Positions 1 through 9,937 of a DNA stretch of 64,000 bases are shown here, one piece after another (position 1 is the stretch's first letter; the number at the start of each line of letters is the position of its first letter). This stretch comes from Spirochaetia bacterium (lineage in GTDB: Bacteria > Spirochaetota > Spirochaetia > SZUA-6 > Bin103). A program made the position numbers and the translations under genes. Below the pieces are notes generated by a model. It was given only the letters and a program-made list of their open reading frames with translations. It searched no databases and was not told where the DNA came from. The stretch covers positions 160,001 to 224,000 of the forward strand of contig CBDAOI010000004.1 of NCBI GenBank assembly GCA_965198005.1. The letters are read 5' to 3'.

Positions 1-305
1 GCCGCTCCTGCGCCTCCGGAATGGCGTCCGCCGTGATCGGGCGCGCGCGCTCACGCCCCGGCTGGTGGCGGAAGCAGGCGTCGTAGCACAGCGCGTTCAC
101 CAGCCACGGCTGGCCGGCGGTGCGGGTCAGGATCAACGTCTGTGCTCATCGGCCACGTTTCTCGCGCATCGCCTGGCCATCCTCGACGTTGGCGTACACG
201 CAGCGGAAGTCGCCCTGCCCGCCGCCGTTCAGCAGATCGCGCAGCGCCAGCAGCGCCGAGGTCTTGCCGGTCTGCCGCGGCGCGTGCAGCACGAAGTACT
301 TCTTG
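1..305 (-). pseudogene. AAA+ ATPase (AAA_35-like) fragment, internally deleted
   Basis: Minus-strand translation KYFVLHAPRQTGKTSALLALRDLL (Walker A) joined to TAGQPWLVNALC; in-frame stop; runs off the window edge. Confidence 0.6.
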
Positions 306-339
306 TGGTACGGTCGGTCCGACCGTGCTACAGTGTGTC

Positions 340-744
340 ATGGCCGCGCGCTACCGGGACTGGCTTCGGCAGGCGGACGCTGATCTCCGGCACGCCCGCC
401 AGTCGTGCGACCATGGCGCGCACGAGTGGGCCTGTTTTGCCGCCCAGCAGGCGGCCGAAAAGGCACTCAAGGCGGTCATCCTGAGCCGAGGAGCGGATGC
501 CTGGGGTCATACGGTTACCGCTCTGCTCGGTGTGGTGGCGACCGCGGCGCAGGCCGGGGAGGACCTGATTACGTGCGCCAAGAGCCTCGACAAGCACTAC
601 ATCCCCACCCGCTACCCGAACGGCTTCGACACCGGCGCGCCGGTCGACTTCTACACGAAGAAGGATTCTGACGATGCCATCCTCTGTGCCGAGCGGCTCA
701 TCAGCTTCGCTCGTGGTCAAGTCGAACAACCAGAGGACCGTTGA
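340..744 (+). CDS. HEPN domain protein
   Basis: MAARYRDWLRQADADL..WACFAAQQAAEKALKA..LDKHYIPTRYP; overlaps the downstream MNT gene. Confidence 0.85.
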   Translation: MAARYRDWLRQADADLRHARQSCDHGAHEWACFAAQQAAEKALKAVILSRGADAWGHTVTALLGVVATAAQAGEDLITCAKSLDKHYIPTRYPNGFDTGAPVDFYTKKDSDDAILCAERLISFARGQVEQPEDR

Positions 745-1048
745 AGCCGCGCTTCGACGCTGGGCCTGTCACGTCGGCGAGAGCCGACCGGAGGTGCGCA
801 GGATCATCTGGTTCGGCTCACGGGTGAACGGCACTCCTGCGCCAAGCAGCGACGTCGACGTGTGCGTAGTGCTTTCCGGATCGAGCCGGCCCGTTCGGGA
901 CCGCGTCGCCGACTACCTTCCGTTCGGATTCCCGGTCGGAATCGACCTGTTTCCCTACACCGAGGCGGAACTGGAGCGGCTCAAGAGCGAGCATCCCCCG
1001 TGGTACGGTGCGATCACCGCCGGCATCGATCTCCCGATACGCCCGTAG
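674..1048 (+). CDS. Minimal nucleotidyltransferase (MNT), partner of HEPN
   Basis: WFGSRVNG..SDVDVCVV GSx10DxD motif; start codon uncertain. Confidence 0.85.
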   Translation: MPSSVPSGSSASLVVKSNNQRTVEAALRRWACHVGESRPEVRRIIWFGSRVNGTPAPSSDVDVCVVLSGSSRPVRDRVADYLPFGFPVGIDLFPYTEAELERLKSEHPPWYGAITAGIDLPIRP

Positions 1049-1087
1049 GGATCTGGGCCTGCGCCACGCGGATTGATGCCGCGTGTG

Positions 1088-1981
1088 TTACGGAGCGGGC
1101 TGCGGGGCCTCCGGCTGCTGCGGTTCGTGCCGTTCGCGCGCCCAAGCGCGGGTGAGCTGCGCCAGCTCGCCGGCGGCGGTCGCGCCAACTTCCACGAATC
1201 GAGTAACCCGGCCGAAGCGGAGGTCGAGATACTCGTGCGCCAGCAGGTTGCGCAACGGCGCCAGCGGCTGCAGCCGTCCCGACAGGCTGCTAAAGGCTTC
1301 CAGGGCTTCCAGTTCGCCCAGGATTTGGCCGTAGGTATACGGAACCGGTCCCGGCGCGGCGGCCAGCACGATCTTGCCGATGTCGATCGCGGCGTTGATC
1401 AGCGTTTCCACCCAGCGGTCCAGGTTGCGGCGGAAGTCGCGATCGGAGCGATAGCGCTCCAGCGTGCCATCTCGAAATCGGGCGCGGTCCTCCAACTCGG
1501 ATTCGATGAAATCGACGATCCGTAGCAGCCGGCTGCGGTCGACGGCAGACAGCGACCGACCGCGGTCACGGATGGTGCGGTATTCGCGTTCGGTTTGGAG
1601 GAAATCGATCGCCACCGTGGTGACGGCCAGGAAGTAGCGGGTATACAGCGCCCGATCGCGCATCAGGACCACGTGTCCGCGACCTAGCGCCTCCGCACAC
1701 ACCGTCGCCGGTGCGCGATTCAGCACGAGGAGTTCGACGTTGCGCCCGGTGGCGCGCTCCAGGGCGATCTGGATCTCGGCCTCACTCTCGATCTCCCGTT
1801 CGCGCTCTACTTCGAGTGCTCCGGCCGACGCGCCGTAAACCGCGACGTCGAGGTCTGAGTCGACTCGCAGCCGGCCGGTGGCGGCTGATCCGAACAGGAC
1901 GGCGAAGACCAGTTGCGGGAAACGTTCCAGCTCCGTGCTGATCGTCGCGACGATCTCATCGGTTGCCTGCGGAGGCCCCAT
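1088..1981 (-). CDS. Fused MNT antitoxin / HEPN (DUF86, HepT-like) RNase
   Basis: N-terminal LFGSAATGRLRVDSDLDVAV; C-terminal RNLLAHEY (Rx4H HEPN motif). Confidence 0.85.
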   Translation of the reverse strand: MGPPQATDEIVATISTELERFPQLVFAVLFGSAATGRLRVDSDLDVAVYGASAGALEVEREREIESEAEIQIALERATGRNVELLVLNRAPATVCAEALGRGHVVLMRDRALYTRYFLAVTTVAIDFLQTEREYRTIRDRGRSLSAVDRSRLLRIVDFIESELEDRARFRDGTLERYRSDRDFRRNLDRWVETLINAAIDIGKIVLAAAPGPVPYTYGQILGELEALEAFSSLSGRLQPLAPLRNLLAHEYLDLRFGRVTRFVEVGATAAGELAQLTRAWARERHEPQQPEAPQPAP

Positions 1982-2020
1982 CGTAACGTCCCATCGACCC
2001 CAGGTGTCCTGACCGGCTGC

Positions 2021-2278
2021 CTACCACACCTCGCCGAGCTCGATCACGAGCGCATCGCCGTCGGGTTTGCGGGCGCACGCGACGGCGATGCGCTCGGCGT
2101 GTTCGCCGGCACTCCGGAACACGCCGTCGGTGAGCTCCGGACACCTCTGATGCGACACGAACGGTGCTGCACTCGCGTAGTGAGCTCCATCGATGATCTC
2201 ATGCCTGCGCCCATCCTCGGGGAACTGCAGGTAGTCCTCGTAGGTGAGCCTGGTTTCCGATCGACGACGACTGCCATG
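2021..2278 (-). pseudogene. Uma2-family endonuclease remnant
   Basis: LTYEDYLQFPEDGRRHEIIDG..HQ joined by deletion to a C-terminus ending LGEVW*. Confidence 0.6.
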
Positions 2279-2538
2279 GCCGCGCCCAGCATACCATGAC
2301 TTCTCGACACGCGCGCGCCGGGGGCGGTGACATCATTCGTGCCGATTGATGCCCTTGATCGGGCCGCCGGTGCGGCGTATCGTGGACCCATGAGCAAGCT
2401 GTTCGCAAGCGCTACGCTGGCGGATCGTCGGCTCGCCGATGTCACAGATGGACACCACCGACACGCTGGAGCCTCTGGGCGGCTCCGGCTCCCGCCGCGG
2501 CTCCCGCCGCTGAAGGGCGTGTCCGTCCACCCCGCGCC

Positions 2539-3166
2539 GTGAACGTCGTCGTACTGATCTCCGACACCTTCCGGCGCGACTACCTGGGGTTCTCGGGCAA
2601 CCGGCGCATCTACACGCCGCAACTCGACCGGCTGGCGGCGCGCAGCGTGTTCTTCGAGCAGGCGTACTGCGCCTCGTTCCCGACGGTGCCCGCACGAGCC
2701 GTGGGACCCGCCGCGCCGGGAGCGGGCCCTGGTCTCGCTGCCGGACGTGCCGGCCACGATCCTCGACGCGTTGGGGCTGGCGGTGCCGGCCACCATGCAG
2801 GGTCGTTCGTTCTGGCCGCTGCTGCACGGCCGGGCAAGCGGCCACCGCGACTTCACCCTCTCAACCATGGAGCTGCGCAACCCCGGCGAGACCTCCCGCA
2901 TCGTGGACGACGCCGCGCGGCTGGTGACCGAGTACACGCCGGCGACCCTCACCACCGACCAATGGTCGCTGCTGCTGGCCCCGGCGAGCAGCGCGCACGA
3001 GCTGTAGCACCGGGCCCGCGACCCGCGCCAGCAGCGCAACGTCGCGGCCGACCACCCCGACGTGATCCGCCGCCTGCACGCGGACTACGTCGCGTTCCTG
3101 GAGGCGTTCGGCACCGAGGAACGGCTGCTCGGCCCGCGCCGGGAGTTGCTCCTGCCCGACCGGTAG
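2539..3166 (+). pseudogene. Sulfatase remnant 1
   Basis: NVVVLISDTFRRDYLG..TPQLDRLA..PTVPAR, then out-of-frame DVPATILDALG..MQGRS and RNVAADHPDV; internal stop. Confidence 0.7.
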
Positions 3167-3174
3167 GCCGCAGG

Positions 3175-3640
3175 ATGCCACGCATGCCACGCACCGCAGC
3201 ATTGTCCCCACCCCGGCAGCCGCGCGCCGCACCGCGGCCGCCGAACATCCTGTTCATCATGGCCGACCAGCTCGCGGCCTGCCGCCTCGGCTGCTACGGC
3301 AGCGGCGTGCCGTCCACCCCGGTGCTGGACGGGCTGGCGCGGGCCGGCGTGCGCTTCGACCGCTGTTACGCCACCCACCCGGTGTGCGCCCCCTTCATCC
3401 GCCGGCAGGTGGCGGCGCGACCCGACCAGCCGTTCCTGTGCCACGTCTCCTACGTGGATCCGCACGACCCCTACGACCCGCCGCAGCCCTACGCCGCCCG
3501 GTTCGCGGCCGACGACATGCCGCCGGTGCTGCCGGCGGAGTGGCTGGGGCAGGGCTACCGCCTGCTGGAGGAGGCCCAGAGGATCGGTGGATCCCACCGC
3601 GTGTGCGACCGGCCGCAGGTGCTGCGGGCGCTGCAGCTCC
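3175..3640 (+). pseudogene. Sulfatase remnant 2
   Basis: PNILFIMADQL..TPVLDGLA..PVCAP fused by deletion to PFLCHVSYVDPHDPYDPP. Confidence 0.7.
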
Positions 3641-4700
3641 AGCCGCACCCCGGTGCCCGCCGGTTGGAGGCTGCAGCGCGCCGTCGCCGGCAGGGTGAGC
3701 ACCAGTTCCAGGCCGGCCGCGCCGTACGCCTCCAGCCCCACCGTCACCGCCCACCCGTTGAAGTTGTGCAGCACCAGGTAGCGGTCGCCGAACGGGTGCG
3801 CGCTCACCCGCGTGGGAGCGCGCAACCCGAAGCCGAACGGCGCCAGCAGCGCCGCGCGCAGGTCGGCCAGAGGCAGCAACCCGGGCGGTGGAGCGGGGCC
3901 GCCGCCGGCGAACGCGGGGTCCAGGTCGGTGCGGCTCAACTGGATGCCCAGCACGCGGGCGGCCATGCGCACGTCGCCCAGGTACTTCATCGAGAGGTCC
4001 CAGCCGGCGTCGTCCGCCAGCGCCTCCCACGCCGCGCGCGCGCCGCGGACCGGGCGCAGCCGATCGTGCGCGTCGTAGGGGTCGCGCACGCCGCCGAAGT
4101 CGACCACCGCGGGATAGTCGACGCTGGCTTCGATCACGTACACGTTGGGTCGCTCCAGGAACGCCGGATCCAGCGTGGCGGCGAGCCCGTCGGTCACCAG
4201 CACGGGCAGACTCGAGCCCCGCAGGAAGGCGATCTTGGCCGCGAAGTCGGGGAAGGATCGGGTGTGCAGGGAGAGGAAGAACCCCTCGGCGTCGTCCGGG
4301 AAGTCGCGCGCGGGCCGCAAGGGGATGCCCAGTTGACCGACGTAGTCGAACACGTTGGCGTCGCCGGCGCGCCCGAAGTCCCACGGCTCCGCTCGATTCG
4401 GCCGGGCCGCCACCAGACCGCGCACCGGGTTGGCGCGCACGATGCGGGTGAGCTCCCGGATCGGGCCGGCGTCTCTGAGGATGGCCGGAAACTGGCGGGC
4501 GCCGCCGGGGAACGCCCAGTGGTAGTCCGGACCCAGGCCGCCGTAGGGATGCAGCACCAGCTCGCGCGGCCCGCCGAGCAGGGTCTGGTACGCGGTATCC
4601 AGGGTGTGGGGCGTGTCCTGCAGCGGCATGATCCACGCTCCGCCGAGCCTGCTCCCCGCCAGCTCGTTGATCCAGCCCATCAGGAAGCAGGCGCGGTAAC
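3640..4700 (-). pseudogene. Fragment of an uncharacterised protein
   Basis: Protein-like, GC3-rich stretch (..DYVGQLGIPLRPARDFP..LVLHNFN..) lacking a native start and stop. Confidence 0.4.
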
Positions 4701-4865
4701 GTGAGCGAAGTCGTACGTGCGGGTCTGCGCCTGCTGGAGGACGAAGAGACGAAACGGCGTGCGTTGCGGGCGGCATTGCTGGCAGGCGAGGCCAGCGGAC
4801 CAGCAATTCCGTTCGACTGGGATGAGTTCATCGCACGCAAGCGGGCTGAGCAACACACCAGTTGA
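4700..4865 (+). pseudogene. ParD-like antitoxin, 5' truncated
   Basis: SEVVRAGLRLLEDEETKRRALRAALLAGEASG..FDWDEFIARKR*. Confidence 0.7.
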
Positions 4866-5052
4866 GAGTCCTCTACCGACCGGCCGCGCTCGACGACTTG
4901 GAACAGATCTACGATTTCACGTTCGAAATGTGGGGGCCGGCACAGGCGGAGAACTACCTGGCGCAGCTGCGGTCGGCTGCGGAACGATTGCTGGTGCATC
5001 CGCGCAGTTCGATCGCATGGACATCCGCTCGCGGCTCACCGGCAACGATTGA
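4862..5052 (+). pseudogene. ParE/RelE toxin, internally deleted
   Basis: LYRPAALDDLEQIYDFTFEMWGPAQAENY.. then out-of-frame RMDIRSRL. Confidence 0.7.
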
Positions 5053-5419
5053 CCGAAGCGACGAGTATCGCTAACTCACGCCGTGGACTCGGAGGGCGGC
5101 GCCGTCGATCGGGTCGGCGGCGGCCGAGGCCCGGAGCTGGAGGTCGCGCCCGAGCCGGAGGCTGAGCCGGGGCCGGAGGCGGGGCGCCAAGTGAGGTGAG
5201 CCAGCACCGTCGCTCCGTGCCCCGGGATTGGGGTGCCAGCTACCGTTGGCCGTTGGTCAGTGGGGGAGTAAAGCGCGCCCACCGGCTGGGGAACACATCA
5301 CCGACCGTCGCGACTCACGGGAGCCGGGCACGAGCAGGCTCCAATCGCTCTATCTGATTCCCACCAAACGAAATAAAGTTACCAGCAATACCCGTTCACC
5401 GAGAATTGCTGTACTTCGA

Positions 5420-5559
5420 CGCGGCTGGTTGACCCGGGCTGCAGGTCCGTGCTACGGTCGCACGGTAGAGCCATGAGCTGTCAGATTTCTTCGATGTTTT
5501 TGCCGCGGCTGGTTGATCCGAGTCGCACGTCCGTGGTACGGTCGCACAGTAAAGTCATG
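5420..5559 (+). repeat. Two imperfect 56-bp direct repeats (5420-5475, 5504-5559)
   Basis: cgcggctggttgaYccg...gtccgtgStacggtcgcacRgtaRagYcatg, period 84 bp. Confidence 0.75.
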
Positions 5560-5629
5560 CACGGCCCCTGTAGGCCCCCACAACAAGTTAGCGCTTATGC
5601 CCCCTGTACCCTTTATAGAGATTAGATAG

Positions 5630-5860
5630 TTCGCCAGGGACTGCTAGAATCCCAGGCGGGCAAGGCAGCCTACCGGGAGCAACCTTGAGCCCCCCGCGCC
5701 GTAGAGCGCCCGGGGGGGACATGTGCCCCGGTAGGAGTGCCGCGATGGATACCCAGTGAGGAGTAGTGCCAGGTGGGAAGGTGCCAGGAGCACCGGAGCA
5801 CCGGAGCACCAGTACAGGGGTGGAACGACATCGTGGCAGCCGAGCTCCACAATCTCGGGA
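5630..5860 (+). ncRNA. Putative IS110 bridge RNA
   Basis: 5' hairpin, stem cctaccggg/cccggtagg (5669-5735) with internal loop, and stem tgccgcgatg/catcgtggca (5738-5838) enclosing donor-matching segments. Confidence 0.7.
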
Positions 5861-5869
5861 GGTGACAGG

Positions 5870-7123
5870 ATGTCAACCGAACAGACCGAACAGTGGTTCG
5901 TGGGTATCGATTGGGCGACCAGGCAACATCAGATCTGTGTGCTTGAGGGTGACGGGGAGGTGGTCGCGGAACGGCAGGTGGACCATAGCGGCGCCGGCAT
6001 CGCCGACTTGTGCGCGTGGTTGCACGAGCTATCGGGCGGGCACCCGGAGCGCGTGCACGCGGCGATCGAGATGCCGCATGGCGCGGTGGTCGAGATGCTG
6101 CTGGAGCGGGAGGTGCAGGTGTACGCGATCAATCCCAAGCAGCTGGATCGATTTCGTGACCGGTTTACGGTGGCCGGCGCCAAGGATGACCGGCGCGACG
6201 CGCGGGTGTTGGCAGACTCGCTGCGCACCGACCGCCGCAGCTTTCGTCAGTTGCAGGTGCAGGCACCGCCGGTGATCGAGTTGCGGGAATGGTCGCGCCT
6301 GACTGCCGAGTTGCAGGAGGAACGCAACGGGCTGATCAATCGCATGCGCGAGCAACTGCGCCGCTACTACCCGCAGCTGATCGAGCTGGGCGGTGACCTC
6401 GGCGCGGGCTGGGTTCTGGAGTTGTGGGAGAAGGCGCCGACGCCGGCGGAGGCAGCGCGGGTCCGGAAGGCGTCGGTCGCGGCCATCCTGAAGCGCAACC
6501 GCATCCGGCGCCACGCTGCTGCCGGTGTGCTGGGCATCCTGCGGCAGCAGCCGCTTGAGGTGGGCCGCGGGACGATAGCGGCGGCTACGGCGCACATCGC
6601 GAGCGTGATCGCCCGGCTGAAGCTGGTCGACCAGCAACTCAAACAGGCGCACAGCCGGCTCGACGAACTGCTGGCCGAGATTGTGGCCGACGACGACTCG
6701 GGTGAACCAGAAGAGCGGCGTGACGCCGTCATCCTGCGTTCGATGCCCGGTGTCGGTCGGATCGTGCTCGCCACGCTGCTGGCCGAAGCCTCACAGCCTC
6801 TGGCTGAGCGAGACTACCACAGGTTGCGGATTCTGACCGGGGTGGCGCCGGTGACCAAGCGGTCGGGGAAGAGTTGCCAGGTGAGCATGCGCCGGGCCTG
6901 CAACCAGCGGCTGAGCAACGCGATGTATCACTGGGCGCGGGTGGCGATCCAGCACGATCCGGTGAGTCGGGAGCGGTATGCGGCGCTGCGCGCGCGCGGG
7001 CAGCGCCATGGCCGGGCGCTGCGTACGGTCGCGGACCGGTTGCTCGCGGTGGCGTGCGCGATGCTGCGTGACCGCACGCAGTTTGATCCACAGCACCGGG
7101 CTCCGCGACCGCTGACCGCCTGA
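5870..7123 (+). CDS. IS110-family DEDD transposase/recombinase
   Basis: FVGIDWA, AIE, AKDDRRDA (DEDD), MPGVG, GVAPVTKRSGKS; RBS gggagg. Confidence 0.95.
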   Translation: MSTEQTEQWFVGIDWATRQHQICVLEGDGEVVAERQVDHSGAGIADLCAWLHELSGGHPERVHAAIEMPHGAVVEMLLEREVQVYAINPKQLDRFRDRFTVAGAKDDRRDARVLADSLRTDRRSFRQLQVQAPPVIELREWSRLTAELQEERNGLINRMREQLRRYYPQLIELGGDLGAGWVLELWEKAPTPAEAARVRKASVAAILKRNRIRRHAAAGVLGILRQQPLEVGRGTIAAATAHIASVIARLKLVDQQLKQAHSRLDELLAEIVADDDSGEPEERRDAVILRSMPGVGRIVLATLLAEASQPLAERDYHRLRILTGVAPVTKRSGKSCQVSMRRACNQRLSNAMYHWARVAIQHDPVSRERYAALRARGQRHGRALRTVADRLLAVACAMLRDRTQFDPQHRAPRPLTA

Positions 7124-7290
7124 TGGGGGAAGGTGGGCCGGGCGCGGGAAGCGTCGTCCCCGCCGCTCACGGGAGCGACCGGAGACCCGGCAGGAGGCGC
7201 GGTGAGACTGCTCGGCGCGAACCGGCACCGGTGCACGGAAATCCGAACTTTTGACCTGTTACGTAACGGAGCGTAACGGGAAGGAGAGCA

Positions 7291-7578
7291 GTGGCGGTAA
7301 GTAACGCGGAACGACAACGGCGCTATCGAGAGCGCCGCAAGGCAGCGCAGCCCCGGGTGCAGTACCGCAGGCCGCAAGACCGCAGGTCCCGACCGCAGCG
7401 CTGGCAGGATGCGGTGGGCACCCTGCTCGACCTCCAGGGTGAGTATCAAGCGTGGCTCGACCACTTGCCCGACAGTCTCCAGGAGTCCGCGGTCGCACAG
7501 CGGCTGGAGGCGATGTGCGGGCTTGATCTTGCCGAACTGGAGAGCGTCGAGCCGCCGCGCGGGTATGGGCGCGAATGA
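7291..7578 (+). CDS. Small hypothetical protein with a basic N-terminal helix (NAERQRRYRERR)
   Basis: GTG start after ggagag; palindrome gttacgtaac at 7259-7268 upstream. Confidence 0.65.
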   Translation: MAVSNAERQRRYRERRKAAQPRVQYRRPQDRRSRPQRWQDAVGTLLDLQGEYQAWLDHLPDSLQESAVAQRLEAMCGLDLAELESVEPPRGYGRE

Positions 7579-8021
7579 GGGGGGCTCTGCAGCCCGCACC
7601 TCGCGTCGTTCCTGACCTGCAAGCGCTGATCAGTGCCGGTCTCGGATTGATGTTCGAGGTGGCACACGGGAGCCGGGTGGCGGACCGCGCGGCGTCAGCG
7701 GTGTCAGCGGTGGTAGGAAACGGCTTTGACGGGCATTTTGCGGGATTCCGGGGGGTACTGGGTTTGGAAGGCCGTCAGGGGGCCGCTATGAGGCCGACGC
7801 GGACGCCGCCGAGCGGCGGCTGCCGGCCAATCGGCGGTGAAACGGGATCGTGGCGGCGACTCGACCGGCAGCCGCGCGGCAGGCAGCCGGCTTGGAACAG
7901 CAGCCCGACGACCGCACGCGGCGGGGCCTTCGATTGCTGGTCCAGGTGAGAGCCGGGGTGAGCGGTGTCGGCACGGCTTTGACGGGCATTTTGCGGGATT
8001 CCGGGGGGTACCCTGGGGTAT

Positions 8022-9937
8022 GAGCGCCAGGCTAACTGGCATATGACAGAGGGTGAAAGTCCCTCGGAACGAAGGAGCAGCCAATCCACGTTTCTCCGCG
8101 AGCCGTGCGTTGGCACCTGCGAGGGTGCAGGCGAAGCGTCGGCAGCGGTGCGTGCGGGCAGAGTTATGGAGCGCCGCAAAATACGACATCTGGAGTGCCG
8201 AGACTCTGTACTCGGTCGAAGGCAACACCGGTCGAGCCAGTATGGTGAGGATCGACCGGGCTCCACGGCGTCGAAGAACTCAGGCACGTACGTACGTCAT
8301 ATACCGGGACCTGGGAGGTCTTCGGGTCGTCCCGGCGAGTCGTCGCCGGGACCGCGGAGGGAAGGCGTGAGGCTGGACCAAAGATGAACGACCCGAAGGA
8401 GTCGGACATGGGCATAGTAGCGGCGAAGCCGGCGAACAAGGGAGCGCAAGCGACTGCGGAGACGGTGGAGCGAAGGCCCATGACCAACGGGAATTCGCAA
8501 GGTCAAAGCACGGGCCGGACGCAGAGTCGGGCAACCGTGACACAGGCGGCCGAGCGGATACGGCAATTCGTAAAGAGAGAACCGCAGGAGAAACTCACTG
8601 CGCTGCTGCACCACGTGACGCCGGAAGCGCTGCGGGTGGCCTATTACGCGCTGAAGCGTGAAGCGGCCCCGGGGGTGGACGGGATGACGTGGCGGGAGTA
8701 CGAGACGGGGTTGGAAGTGCGCTTGCACGACCTGCACCGGCGAGTACACACAGGAGCGTACCGAGCGACCCCGGTACGGCGGGTCAACATCGACAAGCCG
8801 GACGGAGGCACACGACCGCTGGGGGTGGCCGCGCTGGAGGACAAGATCGTCCAGAAGGCCGTGGTGGATGTGATCCTGACACCGATCTATGAGGAGGAAT
8901 TTCTCGGGATCAGCTATGGGTTTCGACCGGGGCGCGGGGCACACGATGCGTTGGACGCACTGGCCTACGCCATCGAACGGCGCAAAGTGAACTGGATATT
9001 GGACGCGGACATTCGCGGCTACTTCGATTCGATCTCGCGGGACTGGTTGATCAGATTCCTGGAGCATCGGATTGGAGATCGGCGGGTGCTGCGGCTGATA
9101 AAGAAGTGGCTGCGCGCTGGGGTACTGGAAGAAGGCCGACAGATCGACGCGGGGCGGGGTACAGCGCAAGGGTCGGTGATTTCACCGATGCTCGCGAATA
9201 TATACTTGCACTACGTGTTGGACCTGTGGGTCACCAAGAAGTGGCGGCCGCAGGAGGCGCGCGGAGACATGATCATAGTGCGCTACGCAGATGACTATGT
9301 CGCCGGGTTCGAGCATCGTGACGATGCGGAACGCTTCCTGCGGGAACTGAAGGAGCGATTCAGAGGCTTCGAGCTGGAACTGAACGCCGACAAGACCCGA
9401 CTCCTCGAGTTTGGACGGTATGCCGAAAGGAACCGCCGAGCACGTGGGGAAGGGCGACCGGAGACGTTCGACTTTCTGGGTTTCACGCATTATTGCAGGA
9501 AGGACAGGAAAGGACGCTTCGGGCTGGGGCGGAAGCCAATTCGGAAGCGGATGAATCGTACGCTGAAGAGGATCAAGATCGAGCTCCGCAGACGAATGCA
9601 TGATGACGTGATGGAAACCGGGCGCTGGCTGGGACGGGTACTGCGCGGATGGCTCAACTACTACGCGGTACCCACCAGCTACCGCTATCTGCACCGATTC
9701 GTGTGGCGTCTGCGAGGAATCTGGGTAAAGATTCTACGCCGGAGGTCCCAGAAGGACCGATTCTCCTGGGCTTGGATGCTGGCGATCAGCATCAAGCTGT
9801 GGCCCCAACCCCGAATCGTACACTCATGGCCGGACCGGCGATTTGCCGTCAACCACCGAAGGTAGGAGCCGGATGGTTTAACGACCACGTCCGGATCTGT
9901 GCGGGGGGCGCCGGGTAACCGGCGTTCCTACCGCGCC
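8022..9937 (+). mobile_element. Group II intron copy 1 (IIB-like, endonuclease-minus)
   Basis: Boundaries from the empty site at 12541/12542; DV gagccggatg..acgtccggatc; DVI with bulged A at -8; 1916 bp. Confidence 0.92.
8384..9865 (+). CDS. ltrA: Group II intron reverse transcriptase/maturase (true start probably GTG 8537)
   Basis: APGVDG, RPLG, SYGFRPG, QGSVISPMLANIYLH, RYADD, FDFLGFTH, GWLNYY; no HNH domain. Confidence 0.95.
   Translation: MNDPKESDMGIVAAKPANKGAQATAETVERRPMTNGNSQGQSTGRTQSRATVTQAAERIRQFVKREPQEKLTALLHHVTPEALRVAYYALKREAAPGVDGMTWREYETGLEVRLHDLHRRVHTGAYRATPVRRVNIDKPDGGTRPLGVAALEDKIVQKAVVDVILTPIYEEEFLGISYGFRPGRGAHDALDALAYAIERRKVNWILDADIRGYFDSISRDWLIRFLEHRIGDRRVLRLIKKWLRAGVLEEGRQIDAGRGTAQGSVISPMLANIYLHYVLDLWVTKKWRPQEARGDMIIVRYADDYVAGFEHRDDAERFLRELKERFRGFELELNADKTRLLEFGRYAERNRRARGEGRPETFDFLGFTHYCRKDRKGRFGLGRKPIRKRMNRTLKRIKIELRRRMHDDVMETGRWLGRVLRGWLNYYAVPTSYRYLHRFVWRLRGIWVKILRRRSQKDRFSWAWMLAISIKLWPQPRIVHSWPDRRFAVNHRR

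Larger units (their letters stand above)
5598..7135 (+). mobile_element. IS110-family insertion sequence with a predicted TG core at both ends
   Basis: Long left non-coding end, 12-bp right end; TG at 5598-5599 and 7134-7135; internal segments match the RE-LE junction. Confidence 0.7.

Noticed and set aside
4801-4810. cagcaattcc as an IS end
   Set aside because: Lies within the ParD-like coding remnant; likely coincidence
5383-5410. 28-bp cagcaat..attgctg flanked by tac (mini element)
   Set aside because: Too short and single-copy to support
8384-8536. ATG 8384 as the RT start
   Set aside because: This stretch resembles conserved intron RNA domains II/III; GTG 8537 is more plausible
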